Positions 24,425 to 35,935 of a stretch of DNA of 64,000 bases are shown here, in pieces. The position numbers and the translations under genes are program-made. This stretch comes from Neoconidiobolus thromboides FSU 785 (taxonomy: Eukaryota; Fungi; Entomophthoromycota): contig MU626258.1 of the NCBI GenBank assembly GCA_025603075.1, positions 11,457 through 75,456 on the forward strand. The letters run 5' to 3'. The notes under the pieces were generated by a model. The model worked only from the letters and a program-made list of their open reading frames with translations, was not told the DNA's origin and made no database searches. Position 1 is the first letter of the stretch. Every line of letters begins with the position of its first letter.

Positions 24425-25272
24425 TTTATTTATTATTTAATTATAAAGAAAATGAAGATAAATTATAGTTTATATACTCTCATAAATTAGCAAAATATAA
24501 AAAAAGAACATTAAAGAAATCAGATGAGAGATAAATATACATGAGTTATTTAAGGCTTTATTGCTCAAATCAACAATTATTCTCTTAAACTTTATGAAGC
24601 AACTAAAATAAGGTTTAGAACCTTTTTATTGTATGTCATTTCATTCTTCTATTTAACAATGAGTTTATCTAGCTAATCTTCATGATTTAATTTACCATTA
24701 TTATTAAATTTTAAATTATAAAGTTTCTATAATAAAGCACTATACATGTAAATGAGTGATTTTAGCTAAAAAAATTCTCTCTTTCCTTATAATTTTTTAA
24801 TAGTGAAATGTATATTATTCATATAATCCTATGAAAACTAATAAATTGAAATTATGCTATTTATAGGCTGTTTATTCATGAGATACTTTCTATTTTTTAT
24901 TGCTTAATTACATCTTCATTAGATTTTATAATTGTCTTAATTGTATATTTAGACTATATGTTCATGTAATAGGGTTATTAATTATAAAGCTTAAGTATTT
25001 CAATACTTAATTAGTTTATTGAATAAATAGAAAGTTAACATTCGAAGTAAAGCTCATGACAGTTGAACTGCTATTTACAATAACTTAAATGATTAAGTTA
25101 GGTATTATATTAGTAAAAAATACTTTAATATTATAATAACTATGACTATCATGATGTGATCATAAATGTTTAAGTCATATGATGATAATGTAATAATTAA
25201 TTAAAGAGCGCTTTTTAATATGTTGCTTCACTTCAAATAACTTTTAAAAATCTATAGTTTAATTATTAACAT

Positions 25273-25380
25273 TATACGGGAGTGTTTTTTTTGACTTCAT
25301 TATTTTTTCCATTTTTTAAGCGCTATTTAAGCGGAAAATTTGTCAGTAAAATTTTTAAACACAAAAATACATCCCCATAC
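25273..25380 (-). mobile_element. MITE family A copy (reverse)
   Basis: TATACGGGAGTGTTTTTT...CAAAAATACATCCCCATAC. Confidence 0.8.
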
Positions 25381-25547
25381 CTTATTTAACCTTTTTTTTA
25401 GAAATCATTTAAGTAGATTAAAGATATTGAATCGTAAAAAGTAATTTTAAGAATAGGAAGTGCAGTTTTTAATGTGAAATACTTTTCTTCGTAACATTAG
25501 AGAAGCCTACTAATGGTTTCACTTCTTTTACTTTCTTGATTTTAATC

Positions 25548-25652
25548 ATCTGGGGATGTATTTTTTGTTTAACAATTCTATCAACAACCTTTCCACTCAA
25601 ATAGCACTTAAGAAATGGAAAAGTAATAAAATCAAAAAAAACGTCTCCATCT
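25548..25652 (+). mobile_element. MITE family A copy
   Basis: ATCTGGGGATGTATTTTTTG...AAAAAAACGTCTCCATCT. Confidence 0.8.
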
Positions 25653-25814
25653 ATTCACTTGCTTCTCCCTTAATTTATAAATAAAAAGTACCAAGATATT
25701 TTTTAAATGGAGTCACTTCCAAGCTTTTTTTTGAAAATGCTTTAATATTATTCAATATAAGTAAAATTAAAATGAAGTTACGTATAGTATAGTTTTTGTT
25801 TTTATTAAATATAA

Positions 25815-26450
25815 TTAAGGTTTAATAGTAATAATAGGACGTTTGTCAAACAATTCCCTACGATCACCTTGATAAAATTCAGGGAATAAAGGATAACCTG
25901 GTAAATTACCCACTAAATTTTGAGGTCCAGTAACTGATCCTCCGACCTTACCACCAGTGATTTTGATGTCGGCACAATTCATGTAATATTCTCGATTACC
26001 TTCAGCATTAATCCAAGTCCAAGTTAAAACTGTACTATTGGAAGGTGGAGCATCTGCCGGTATTTTAACTGGGAAGTTAATACCTTGTTTAAAACAATTC
26101 CTTATCACCGTTTTTAATACAACAATAGTTTTAGCATTGTCGTAGGAAATACCAAATTGACAATGACCACCATCATGTTTGTTAGCTCCAGAAACATTAG
26201 CAAATTGAACATCAATTGTTGAACCAGCTGCATATGTAGCTTGAGCTGGTCCTTGACGTGCTCCTTTACATGGAAAGCGGTAATCAAAATGACCAGAGGT
26301 CCCTTGGGGTGCATTTAAATCCCAATCAACATTATCTCTAGAACGATAATATCGGCTATATTGTGAACGACGTGGGGCTGGATTTTGAATTTCCATGTGG
26401 GAAGTAACATATAATGTAAATAAGGAGTATAATATTGTATTTAATTTCAT
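25815..26450 (-). CDS. Secreted AA11-type LPMO, copy 3
   Basis: 211 aa; His1, HDGGHCQ, NREYYMNC. Confidence 0.85.
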   Translation of the reverse strand: MKLNTILYSLFTLYVTSHMEIQNPAPRRSQYSRYYRSRDNVDWDLNAPQGTSGHFDYRFPCKGARQGPAQATYAAGSTIDVQFANVSGANKHDGGHCQFGISYDNAKTIVVLKTVIRNCFKQGINFPVKIPADAPPSNSTVLTWTWINAEGNREYYMNCADIKITGGKVGGSVTGPQNLVGNLPGYPLFPEFYQGDRRELFDKRPIITIKP

Positions 26451-27431
26451 AATCTAAACTTTTTAATAAAATGAATGATAATCAAATAACTGACTCAATG
26501 GTTGCTTTTATATATTAATAAATGTTGGAATTTAACAGCTCTTCTTTTTTAAGAAGATCATATATTATATATACGATTTATTATTTACTTTTAATAAATT
26601 AAAGTGTTGAGTTATTATATTCATCTATGATATAGTTTATTTTCTATTTATTATGAGGTATTAATATACATTTTAAAATGGGTTATTATAATTTAATTAC
26701 TGCATTAATAAAATCGTATGCACCCTTAGTTCTCATTAAAATTTATCATTTCACTCAATTTTTAATATAATGATACGATTATTATTAAGTTAGAATTTTA
26801 TTACAAACTAATTCTTATCTTATTTGTAGTACTGTATTTAATATTTATTAAATTCTTAAAATTTTAATAATTTCAATTGATTATTTTATATTTTTTTAAA
26901 AATTATAAACGTTTAATTCTTTATTAGGGTTGAAGTATAAATAATCGGGTACTTAAAAAATAACTCAGTATTTTATTAAATACTAACAAATTCTATTTAA
27001 ATCATTTTGGTATCCGACAACCCAACCCTACTTCTCACTTTTATAAATAAATTTAGTATTTTAATATGCTTTATTCTTATCATTCTTTTTATCATTCTTA
27101 TTCGTATTATTGCTATTGCTATTCGTATTAATTGTCCTTTATTTATTAAAATTTCCTATTGATCTTATTAAATTTGATTGATTTTTATTATGCCCATTTT
27201 TTATCCTTTAAGTGCTAAATTTTATGAAATGTTCTATTTGGTTGGACTGAAATATTTAAATTCAATCTTATGAGATAAAATATCTTTAGTTTCATAATAA
27301 TTAGAATTCGAATCACATATACTTATTACAATTACGATTTAAGATTTGAAAATAATAATCAATTTAACTTCTTCAACATAAACAACTTGAATTTAAAACA
27401 TATTGAATTCTTTTATTACTTTTAAAACACA

Positions 27432-29931
27432 TTATCTAAATACTTTTAAATCCATTTTTAAAGGATGAGCTTCAGTAGTAAAAACATATTCATTTAAATT
27501 AATTAAATCAATATTAAATATTAAATAAAAATATTTTAAAGTTTCAGCTAAAAAAAAGCTAAAATAAAAAAAGAAATAAAATTGTTAAATTAGAAGATGT
27601 ATTAGAATATATACTGAATTTAATTTACCTTTCCATTCGATCATTGAATTTAGTCCTATTATTGAATTTCAGATTAAATACATTATTTAATTCACTATAT
27701 CCAAATTCCACTTTACAATGTTGTTCAATATTCTATGTATAATAAAAAAATTAAGCTCATTTATAAATATAATGAGATTATTAACTTATTAACTTATTAA
27801 CTTATTAACTCATTACCTCAAATACTTCCCAAGCCCATTGTTGAAAGATGGGATTTCTAGTAAAATAATAGGCATAATATAAAGATTCAATAAATTCGGG
27901 TCTTAATCTATAACTTGGATCTAAATGAAAATACTCATTTCTTCCATTCTTACTCCCACTCCATCCCTTCTTCTTTTTGTCATTGCCTTGCTTATTATTC
28001 TCTTTTCCTACTTTTTGATTATAATCAATATTTTCTTTAAAACTTGGCTCCCATTTCACTTTATCGGGTGCTAATCCTATTGGTGAGGAATGATATAATT
28101 GATAACAAGAAAGTAGTAATTCGATAGCTATAGAGAAATCTGCTTTCCTATTTAATTCAATACTCCCCAACATTAACATACCAGGCACAAAACAGGCCTA
28201 AATAAAAGGAAAATATTAAGCAATCTTTTCAATTAAATGAAATTGAATTTTAAATTACAAAATGATCCATTTCGTATCTTGGGTGAGTTAAAGAATATAA
28301 GTCACTGATTAACAATAAGTTATTATTAGTTTCATCTCGTTGAATTAGTACATATTTATAAAAAGAATCAATTGCAGAAGTATCTTAATTATAAAGTAAA
28401 AACAATATTATTAAATTTTAAAAATATAAATAGTTGAAATCTTACATAATCTTTTATATTGATCTTCTGTCTTTTTAGTTAACAAATAACGTTTCAACAA
28501 ATACTAAATAGATTTCAATTTCAATGTTATTTTATATGAGAAATATAAAATTCATTCTTAATTTTACCTCATAAAAACTATCACCAAACGCACCAAAAGA
28601 AATAGCATCTAAATAATAAATAAATAAATGATAAAGTAATAAAGTAATAAAGTAATAAAGTAATAAATTAATTACTATAATAAATAGATTCTATAATTAT
28701 ATTACCAGTAATTGGTTTATTTTTTAATAAATCCCATTCTAATGGAAATAAACCATGATTATTATGTTGTTTATTATTAGCTTTATCTAAATTATCGATA
28801 ATTGTCTGGGCCTTCAAAATCAATAATAAATAAGATTTTAAATTATTAAGTAAATTAAGCTTACTTTCTTGGCATAAATAGGATTCTTTGAAAGTTGAGA
28901 TAATCGATGAAATTCTAATTGTAAGCTGGCAATCTCAGCTAAATTATTAGTCCACATCTTCTCATTTTTACTTTCCTTTTCTCTTTCAGTTCTAAATAAA
29001 TCATTCCCTTATATTAATACTTTGAAATTGAAATTGAAACTGAATAACAATGTTAATTTACTTGTTTAAATTTAATAAATGAACTGGATAACCGAACGGA
29101 GTATCAAAAGCAGGTAATAAAACATCAGCTAATTCAATTGCTTTTTTTAATAAAACGGTATCTTGAGTTAAATCATAACTGGAAATTAAACCACCTAAAT
29201 GTCGAATAATAGTTTCAAATACAATTATTTGACCACTCTAGTACAGGAATATTAATTATTAATTTATAAAATAACATTGATATTAATATCAATATTAATA
29301 TTAATATTACTTGTTTCTTATAATTTATAGTTGATATTTGAGACAATGCTAATTGATATTCATAAGTTAAATTCATTAATATTAAGGTATCTAAACTATC
29401 TACTAAAGTTACACCCCATCTTATATTGAATCAATAACATTAATATTTTGTAATTAAAATTTTAATTAATAATTAATATTACCCATTCCAGCTAAATAGA
29501 AATAAATTTAATTAATTAATTAATTTAAATAATAGCAATAATAATATTTTTTAATAGTAATCTTTAATAATTACTTACTCATCTTTTACTTTTTTTGATA
29601 TTGGTTTTAAATTATCATGTCCCAGCGCTTGTTTTCTATAAGGTAACCAAGCATGCATAAAGGTATCCTTAATTTTATTTGATCTATATTTATTAATTTC
29701 AATATCTAATAAACTCTGATTTTGATTTAAATATTTTTTAGTATTGAAATATTGATATTGTAATTTAAAATTATATGGGTTATTAGGATTAATGAAATAT
29801 TGATTGATTTTAGAATGAGTTAGTGATATTAATGTTGAATTATGATAAGATAATATGAGTAAAAGTAGACATATTAAACTGACGAATAGTAATAAAACGG
29901 TTATTAATCGATTGAATCTTTTAAATAACAT
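27432..29931 (-). CDS. Class I alpha-1,2-mannosidase (GH47), paralog B, multi-exon with a 9-nt microexon
   Basis: TM anchor. Spliced exons give [56 protein letters not shown] and VFTTEAHP. Confidence 0.85.
27778..27809. repeat. Intronic tandem repeat (TTATTAAC)x4
   Basis: Four exact 8-mers read directly. Confidence 0.9.
28631..28667. repeat. Intronic tandem repeat (ATAAAGTA)x4.6
   Basis: Read directly. Confidence 0.9.
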
Positions 29932-30781
29932 TATTTGTACAATATTAAAAACTACTAAACAACTTATTTAAAAAAATAAAAAAACAAAAAAAATAAAAGT
30001 TCAATAGGTTCATTTTATTTAATAATATATTGATATATACTCTCTTCTTCCCCATATTTAATATTTAAAAGGGTGGGGGATATTAGCAATTTTAATTTAA
30101 CTATAAAAGGAAAATCAATAAAATTTTGTTAAAAATTTATCCCTTGATTTTATTAATACTTTCCAATATCCCACTACTTAATTGATCCAAATTCTAATTC
30201 AATTCTATATTAATACTAATTTTCTCATTGATTTTTTCTTTTGTGTTGATACGAGTTGAGAGATAATTGGCATCTCCTCCAGATAGGGACGGAATTTGGT
30301 TTACTGATTTATTAGTTTACCTTCTCTATTGAACTCAACACTTCTTAGTGTTTGGGCATTAAGACTAAACTAAACCCAACTTTTTTTATAATTTATTTAA
30401 ACAAAAAGAGATAAGAGATAAGAGATTAAAATACTAATGTTAAATTTTGGATTAATGATGAGGATTTATAAATTACTAATGTAAAAATTGGGAATTAAAT
30501 TTTTGAGTGTTTATTATATTGACAAAAATGATCTATTTGATTGACATATTTCAAGATATTGTTGTTGCTGTGAATAATAACTGAATATAAGTTAATTTTT
30601 AATCTTATTTTTTGTCACTTGCTACTTTGAGAAAAATCATATAATTACTTAGCTAATTGAATTGAGTTAAATCAAACTAAGCTGAATTATGAGGATATTT
30701 TGATAAAAATAATTCCAACGTTTTAATACTTTTTAATACTTAACATTTCTTTTAACTTTTTAACAATTTTACCTTGCAAAA

Positions 30782-32002
30782 ATGAATCCCTTAGATTATT
30801 TAGATGATTATGAACAAGATAACAATATTAATCATCATAAAGATAAAGCATTACATAAAATGAATACATTAATAAATGAATATGAATTATATCAATTGGA
30901 ATTAAATCAAAAAGGAATAGCTAGTTTTTCCGGTATTATTAAAGATATTAAATTGTTATTGGATTTATTAAAACCCATTTATAATAATAATAATGTAAGT
31001 TAATTTTATAACTTTATTAACATTTAATAAAATTTACAAAAAAATAATATAAACTATAGCGAGTGATCTGTGTGTTAAGTTCAAAAGGTATTGAATTTGT
31101 TAAAGATTTATCTGGAGTTATGCAATTTCGAGTTAGAATAACAAAAGAACGATTTGAACAATTAAATTACTATAGTGGAACTAATAGTGAAAAACTATAC
31201 TTTGGTATAGATTTAGAACAATTTATTAAAGGGATTGATTTTTTAAAATATACTGATGAGTCTAAAGGAAAACCTAAATTAGCATCCACAGTAGAACATG
31301 ATATTAATAACCCAATGTTAAATCGATTGGAGAAAAAGATTTTATTTCAAGAAAAATTAAGCTTATATATTCATTTTGATAATGTAGGAAATCAATTAAC
31401 ATTATCTATCTTAAATAAAAATATATTTACTCAAACTATATGTTTTATTTATGATTGCGAATTACCAATCCCTTATTATTTAATGGATACTATTAATATG
31501 GCTGCTATTACAATTAATGTAAGTTTTTTTATTAATAATATATAAATATATAATAATAATACAATATTTAATTATTTAATATTAGTCATACTATTTTAAA
31601 GATGCCTTAAACATGTTACATCCTAAATGCGAAACTATCAGTATAAGCATTAGTAATCAATATCCTCATTTAATAGTCTCAGGAAGTAATGAATATTGGT
31701 CAAGTGAAGTAGGGTATTCCAACCATGACAGTGTATGTAGTGAAATTATTTTAGCTACTCAACAAGAAAGAATTATCGGTTATTATCGATATAAACATTT
31801 AATGGAAATTTATCAAGGTTTAAATGGAAGTCAAAAAATCAAAATTATTATTAATGAATTAGGATTCTTAGTTATTAGTTTTATTATTGATGATATGTTG
31901 CCAATAGATAATGTGATGTTTTTTGTAAGTTTTTGAATTTAATGTGCGTCTTTTGTTAATTAATCTATTTTCTTTTAGTGCTCCCCTATTATGACTAGTT
32001 AA
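30782..32002 (+). CDS. RAD1: 9-1-1 checkpoint clamp subunit Rad1/Rec1-like (divergent), 4 exons
   Basis: PCNA-like pattern: IKLLLDLLKPI...SSKGIEF...HTILKDALNML...ISISNQYPHL...YRYKHL...SQKIKIIINELGFL. Confidence 0.65.
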
Positions 32003-32301
32003 GTAATATCAATTTTTATACAAATAAATTATTATTAGCATGTATGTATGCTAATTGTTGATCTACTGTATTCATTTTTCATTTATTTTATTCTTTATAG
32101 AATAAACAATATTAATAGAATTTAAGAATAAAATGATTTCAAATAAAAATTTAATGCATCACATGAAAATCAAAGTTACAAAATTCAAATTAGAAAAATG
32201 ATTCAAAGTAGAGTGGATAAACAATAAAAGCTATTAAAAATAACTAATTCTATTTGTTTATTTTATCTTTTTTTAATTATAAATTAAAAAACTTAACAAC
32301 A

Positions 32302-33842
32302 ATGAGTCAACCAAATGGACAAGACGTATCTGAAGTTAGGTAAAAAAAGACATAAATCAAAAACTCACTTTCTCATCCATTTCTCTTTTAGACAACAACT
32401 TAATGAATCAAATTTAGCATCTTATTTAACTCAACATCTCCACAATTTTTCAGCCCCACTAAAATTAAATCAATTCAAATTAGGTCAAAGTAATCCTACT
32501 TATTTGTTATCGGATTCAAGGTAAATAACAATTAATTCTTTTTCCCATCCATTACTATTTCTTATTCAATTAATCGTATGTTAATTTCTTTATTATCTAG
32601 AAATCAACGTTGGGTCTTGCGTAAGAAACCACCTGGAAATTTAATCAGTCAAAAAGCACATGCTATTGAACGAGAATATTTAGTATTAAAACAATTAAAT
32701 TGTCACTCCAATGTACCTGTACCTAAAGTTTATTTATTATGTGAAGATAATAGTGTTTTAGGCACCCCATTTTATGTAAGTAAATTTTTTAAATTGATTA
32801 AGATTATGAAATAGATAAAAAAGTTAAAAAGGGTATTAACAAAACCTTTTATTTATTTATTTAGATTATGGAATTTGTGGAAGGTGATATTCATGAGAAT
32901 GTGGAGTTGAAACACAAAACGATGGAAGAAAGAAAGAAAATGTAAGTTTTTCTATAATTATCATACTATTCATTCACATATAAATCTCTCGCCTGACATG
33001 TAACTAAAATTTCACTATATAGTTGGTATTCTGCTATTGAAGTATTAGCTAAGTTACATTCCGTTGATATTAAATCCGCCGAATTACAAAGTTATGGACC
33101 ATTAAAAAATTACTATCCAAGACAAATTCAAAATTTATTGAAGTTAGCTGATAAACAAGCGGAAACTAAAGGAGTAAAACAACTGTATAGAATGAATGAA
33201 TTGAAAGAATTATTTGGAAAATTTCCTATTGAAGATAAGGTATCTATTATTCATGGCGATTTTAAAGTAGATAATTTGGTAAGCTAAAATTTAATATTGT
33301 TCTTCTAGTTCCCATTTTATTTATTCATTTTATTTTAGATCTATAAAAAAAATAGTCATGAAATTATAGGTATATTAGATTGGGAGTTATCCACTTTAGG
33401 AAATCCTTTATTTGATTTATCAAATTTATTACAGCCTTTTTATTCAGAAGATTATGGAAAACAAAATCCCGATTTAAAATTTTTTAAATCTTTGCATGAT
33501 TCCAAATTATTACCTCCTAATTTTCGTGAAGAATTAATTGAATACTACTGTCAATTAACAAACCGAGAATATCCTATTAAGAATTGGAATGCTTGTGTAG
33601 CATTTTCTTTTTTTAGAGTAAGTGAATTGATAAGTTAAATTGGCAATCTATTTTATTAATCAAATTATTTTTAGCTTTCAATTATTATTCAAGGTATATC
33701 TGCTCGATATCTTCGTGGCCAAGCTTCATCTCAAAAAGCTCATCTTTATATTCAAGCTTTAGAACCCATTTCGAAAACTACAGTTAATATATTAACTCAA
33801 AATAGTAATGATAATAATACTATTATTAATAGTAAATTATAA
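32302..33842 (+). CDS. APH/ACAD10-11 N-terminal-like phosphotransferase with C-terminal SKL (PTS1), multi-exon
   Basis: [37 protein letters not shown] and [10 protein letters not shown] motifs. Last codons AGT AAA TTA TAA (SKL*). Confidence 0.88.
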
Positions 33843-33919
33843 AAATAAAGTTTAAGTGGAATATATAAAATATGCAAAATATATAAAATAGAACTTTATT
33901 TATTTTAAAAAAATGATTA

Positions 33920-34942
33920 TTAAGATAAATTACTACTGGTTATGGATTCAACAGTATTTTTAGTAGTTTGAATTTGTTGTTGATTATTATTATTACTATT
34001 ATATTCTTTCCCATTACTATTAATAATAATATTACTTTGTACATTTTCATTAACATTCAGCTGAAATAAATCGGGTCTAGAATAATGACCAACAACATCA
34101 AATTCCCAATGATATCTAATGATATCGTCCATATCAATATCAGCATACAAGATTGTTTCTTTTTCAAAATTAGGTCCTACAAGTAACTCACCCATTGGGT
34201 TAACGATACAAGAACCTCCTCTAAAATAAACTGTTTCCAAATCCTCATTTAATAAAGTTGGATAATCCATTGGATAATCTTTTCGTCGATTAAACTGACA
34301 AGATGAGAACACAAAACAACGACCTTCTTTAGCAATATGTTGCATACTAGCTACCCAACTATCTCGATCGTCGGCTGTAGGAGCGCAGTACAATTGAATT
34401 CCCTTATGATACATCGTCATTCTTAATAATGGCATATAATTTTCCCAACAAATAACAGAACCTAATTTACCTAATGTTGTATCAAATACTGATAATGTCG
34501 AAGCATCACCAAATCCCCAAATTAATTTTTCAGCTGCAGTGGGCATTACTTTTCGATGTTTACCAAGGTAACCTAATTGTGGGTCAATATGGATTATTGT
34601 ACAATAAAGTGTATATCCGTCTTTTTCAATAACCCCAATAACTAACATAACTTGATATTTTTTAGCTATAGCAATTAATCGATCTAATTCAGGACTAGGT
34701 AATTGAATACTATTTTGATAATAACGGTTAAACCATTCTCGACCCTCTTGGGTACGACCACCAATGTAGGCTTCAAAGGTGGTGCCCTTAGGATAACCTC
34801 CTAGAAAGGCTTCGGGGAAGACAAGGAGTTTTGCACCAGTGGAACTGGCTTCTTGAACTAAAGATTCAAGCTTAGCTAATGTGGCTTCTAAATCAAAGGC
34901 AATGGAAGCAGCTTGTATAACAGCAGCTTTGAAAGTAACCAT
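33920..34942 (-). CDS. Nitrilase (branch 1 carbon-nitrogen hydrolase), intronless
   Basis: E-K-C triad in FPEAF, HRKVMPT and ICWENY; C-terminal DVVGHYSRPDLF. Confidence 0.92.
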   Translation of the reverse strand: MVTFKAAVIQAASIAFDLEATLAKLESLVQEASSTGAKLLVFPEAFLGGYPKGTTFEAYIGGRTQEGREWFNRYYQNSIQLPSPELDRLIAIAKKYQVMLVIGVIEKDGYTLYCTIIHIDPQLGYLGKHRKVMPTAAEKLIWGFGDASTLSVFDTTLGKLGSVICWENYMPLLRMTMYHKGIQLYCAPTADDRDSWVASMQHIAKEGRCFVFSSCQFNRRKDYPMDYPTLLNEDLETVYFRGGSCIVNPMGELLVGPNFEKETILYADIDMDDIIRYHWEFDVVGHYSRPDLFQLNVNENVQSNIIINSNGKEYNSNNNNQQQIQTTKNTVESITSSNLS

Positions 34943-35350
34943 TTTGAAATTTGGGTTTATGATTATTGTTATTTAGATTAGGAGTTGAACTTGTTTTTAT
35001 ACCTTTTAATATTATTTTTTTAAATCGTATCAAATGATACTATCTTTTGATTTTTTTTGATTTTTTCTTTATTTATATTAATTGTTTCAGTTGATATCTG
35101 TCTTTAGTAAAGAAGCTTTGAGGCTCAAGACTAAATAGAATTTATAAATACTACTTGGTTTTTATCATTTGTTAGTTTTAATAATATTAATTCATGCTAT
35201 CAATCCTATTTAATATTGGCAATAGTATATTTGTTAATAGGCTATTTTATGTTTCTAATTTCCTATGATTTTAATATTATGACGTTGCACAATGTGACGA
35301 ATTTTTTTGGGATTTTAAGTATGCTAAAAGATGTTCAATTTTTTAAACAA

Positions 35351-35436
35351 AGAGATGTTTTTTTGGTCCAGCTTTATCACTTTTTCCATTTTTTAAGCGC
35401 TATTTAAATGGAAAAATAGTAAAATCCTTTAAATAC
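35351..35436 (-). mobile_element. MITE family A partial copy (reverse)
   Basis: AGAGATGTTTTTTTGG...TTTTTCCATTTTTTAAGCGCTATTTAAATGGAAAAAT; one end is truncated. Confidence 0.65.
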
Positions 35437-35554
35437 ATTACCATGATATTAACAAATAGTTCTACACAAATGATTATCAAGGTAAGAAGGATACAAAATG
35501 CTACCATTTTAATTCAAGAGCAAGAAGAGATTGTTTCAAATAAACTTCTATTTT

Positions 35555-35664
35555 ATACATAGGGATGTTTTTTTGACTTCATTACTTTTTCTATCTTTTA
35601 AGCACTATTTAAGCAGAAAATTTATTGGTAAAACTCTTAAATATAAAAATATATCCCCTATATA
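35555..35664 (-). mobile_element. MITE family A copy (reverse)
   Basis: ATAGGGATGTTTTTTTG...AAAAATATATCCCCTATATA. Confidence 0.8.
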
Positions 35665-35828
35665 TTAATAGTTTGAATGAGCAAAATTCGATTAATTTCT
35701 ATAGAAGTTACTTTTTCGACCTTTTTTAAGTTAACAATAATGGTGAAAAGCTAGTTTATTTATATATATTTTAGACAATAAAAGTCTTAGAGTCAATATT
35801 GAGATAAAGAGCTAGATAAAACTGGGTC

Positions 35829-35935
35829 TATATAGGGATGTATTTTTTGTTTAAGGATTTCATCAATAAATTTTCCACTCAAGTAGCGCTCAAAAAATGG
35901 AAAAAGTAATGAAACCAAAAAAACATCCTCATATA
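35829..35935 (+). mobile_element. MITE family A copy
   Basis: TATATAGGGATGTATTTTTTG...CAAAAAAACATCCTCATATA. Confidence 0.85.

Larger units (their letters stand above)
22041..25260. repeat. Tandem duplication unit (~1.75 kb) including LPMO gene and upstream intergenic DNA
   Basis: Shared non-coding words at matching offsets, e.g. GTTTATATACTCTCAT (~22721 and ~24468), TGAGTTATTTA, and AATGAGTGATTTTAGCT (~23101 and ~24751). Confidence 0.7.

Noticed and set aside
26925-27030. TAGGGTTG...CAACCCTA inverted repeat (hAT-like ends)
   Set aside because: Only 8 bp, no matching 8-bp target duplication (TTCTTTAT vs CTTCTCAC), single occurrence.
33920-34942. Horizontal transfer of the intronless nitrilase
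   Set aside because: Similar nitrilases are common in fungi and several native genes here are intronless; a phylogeny would be needed.
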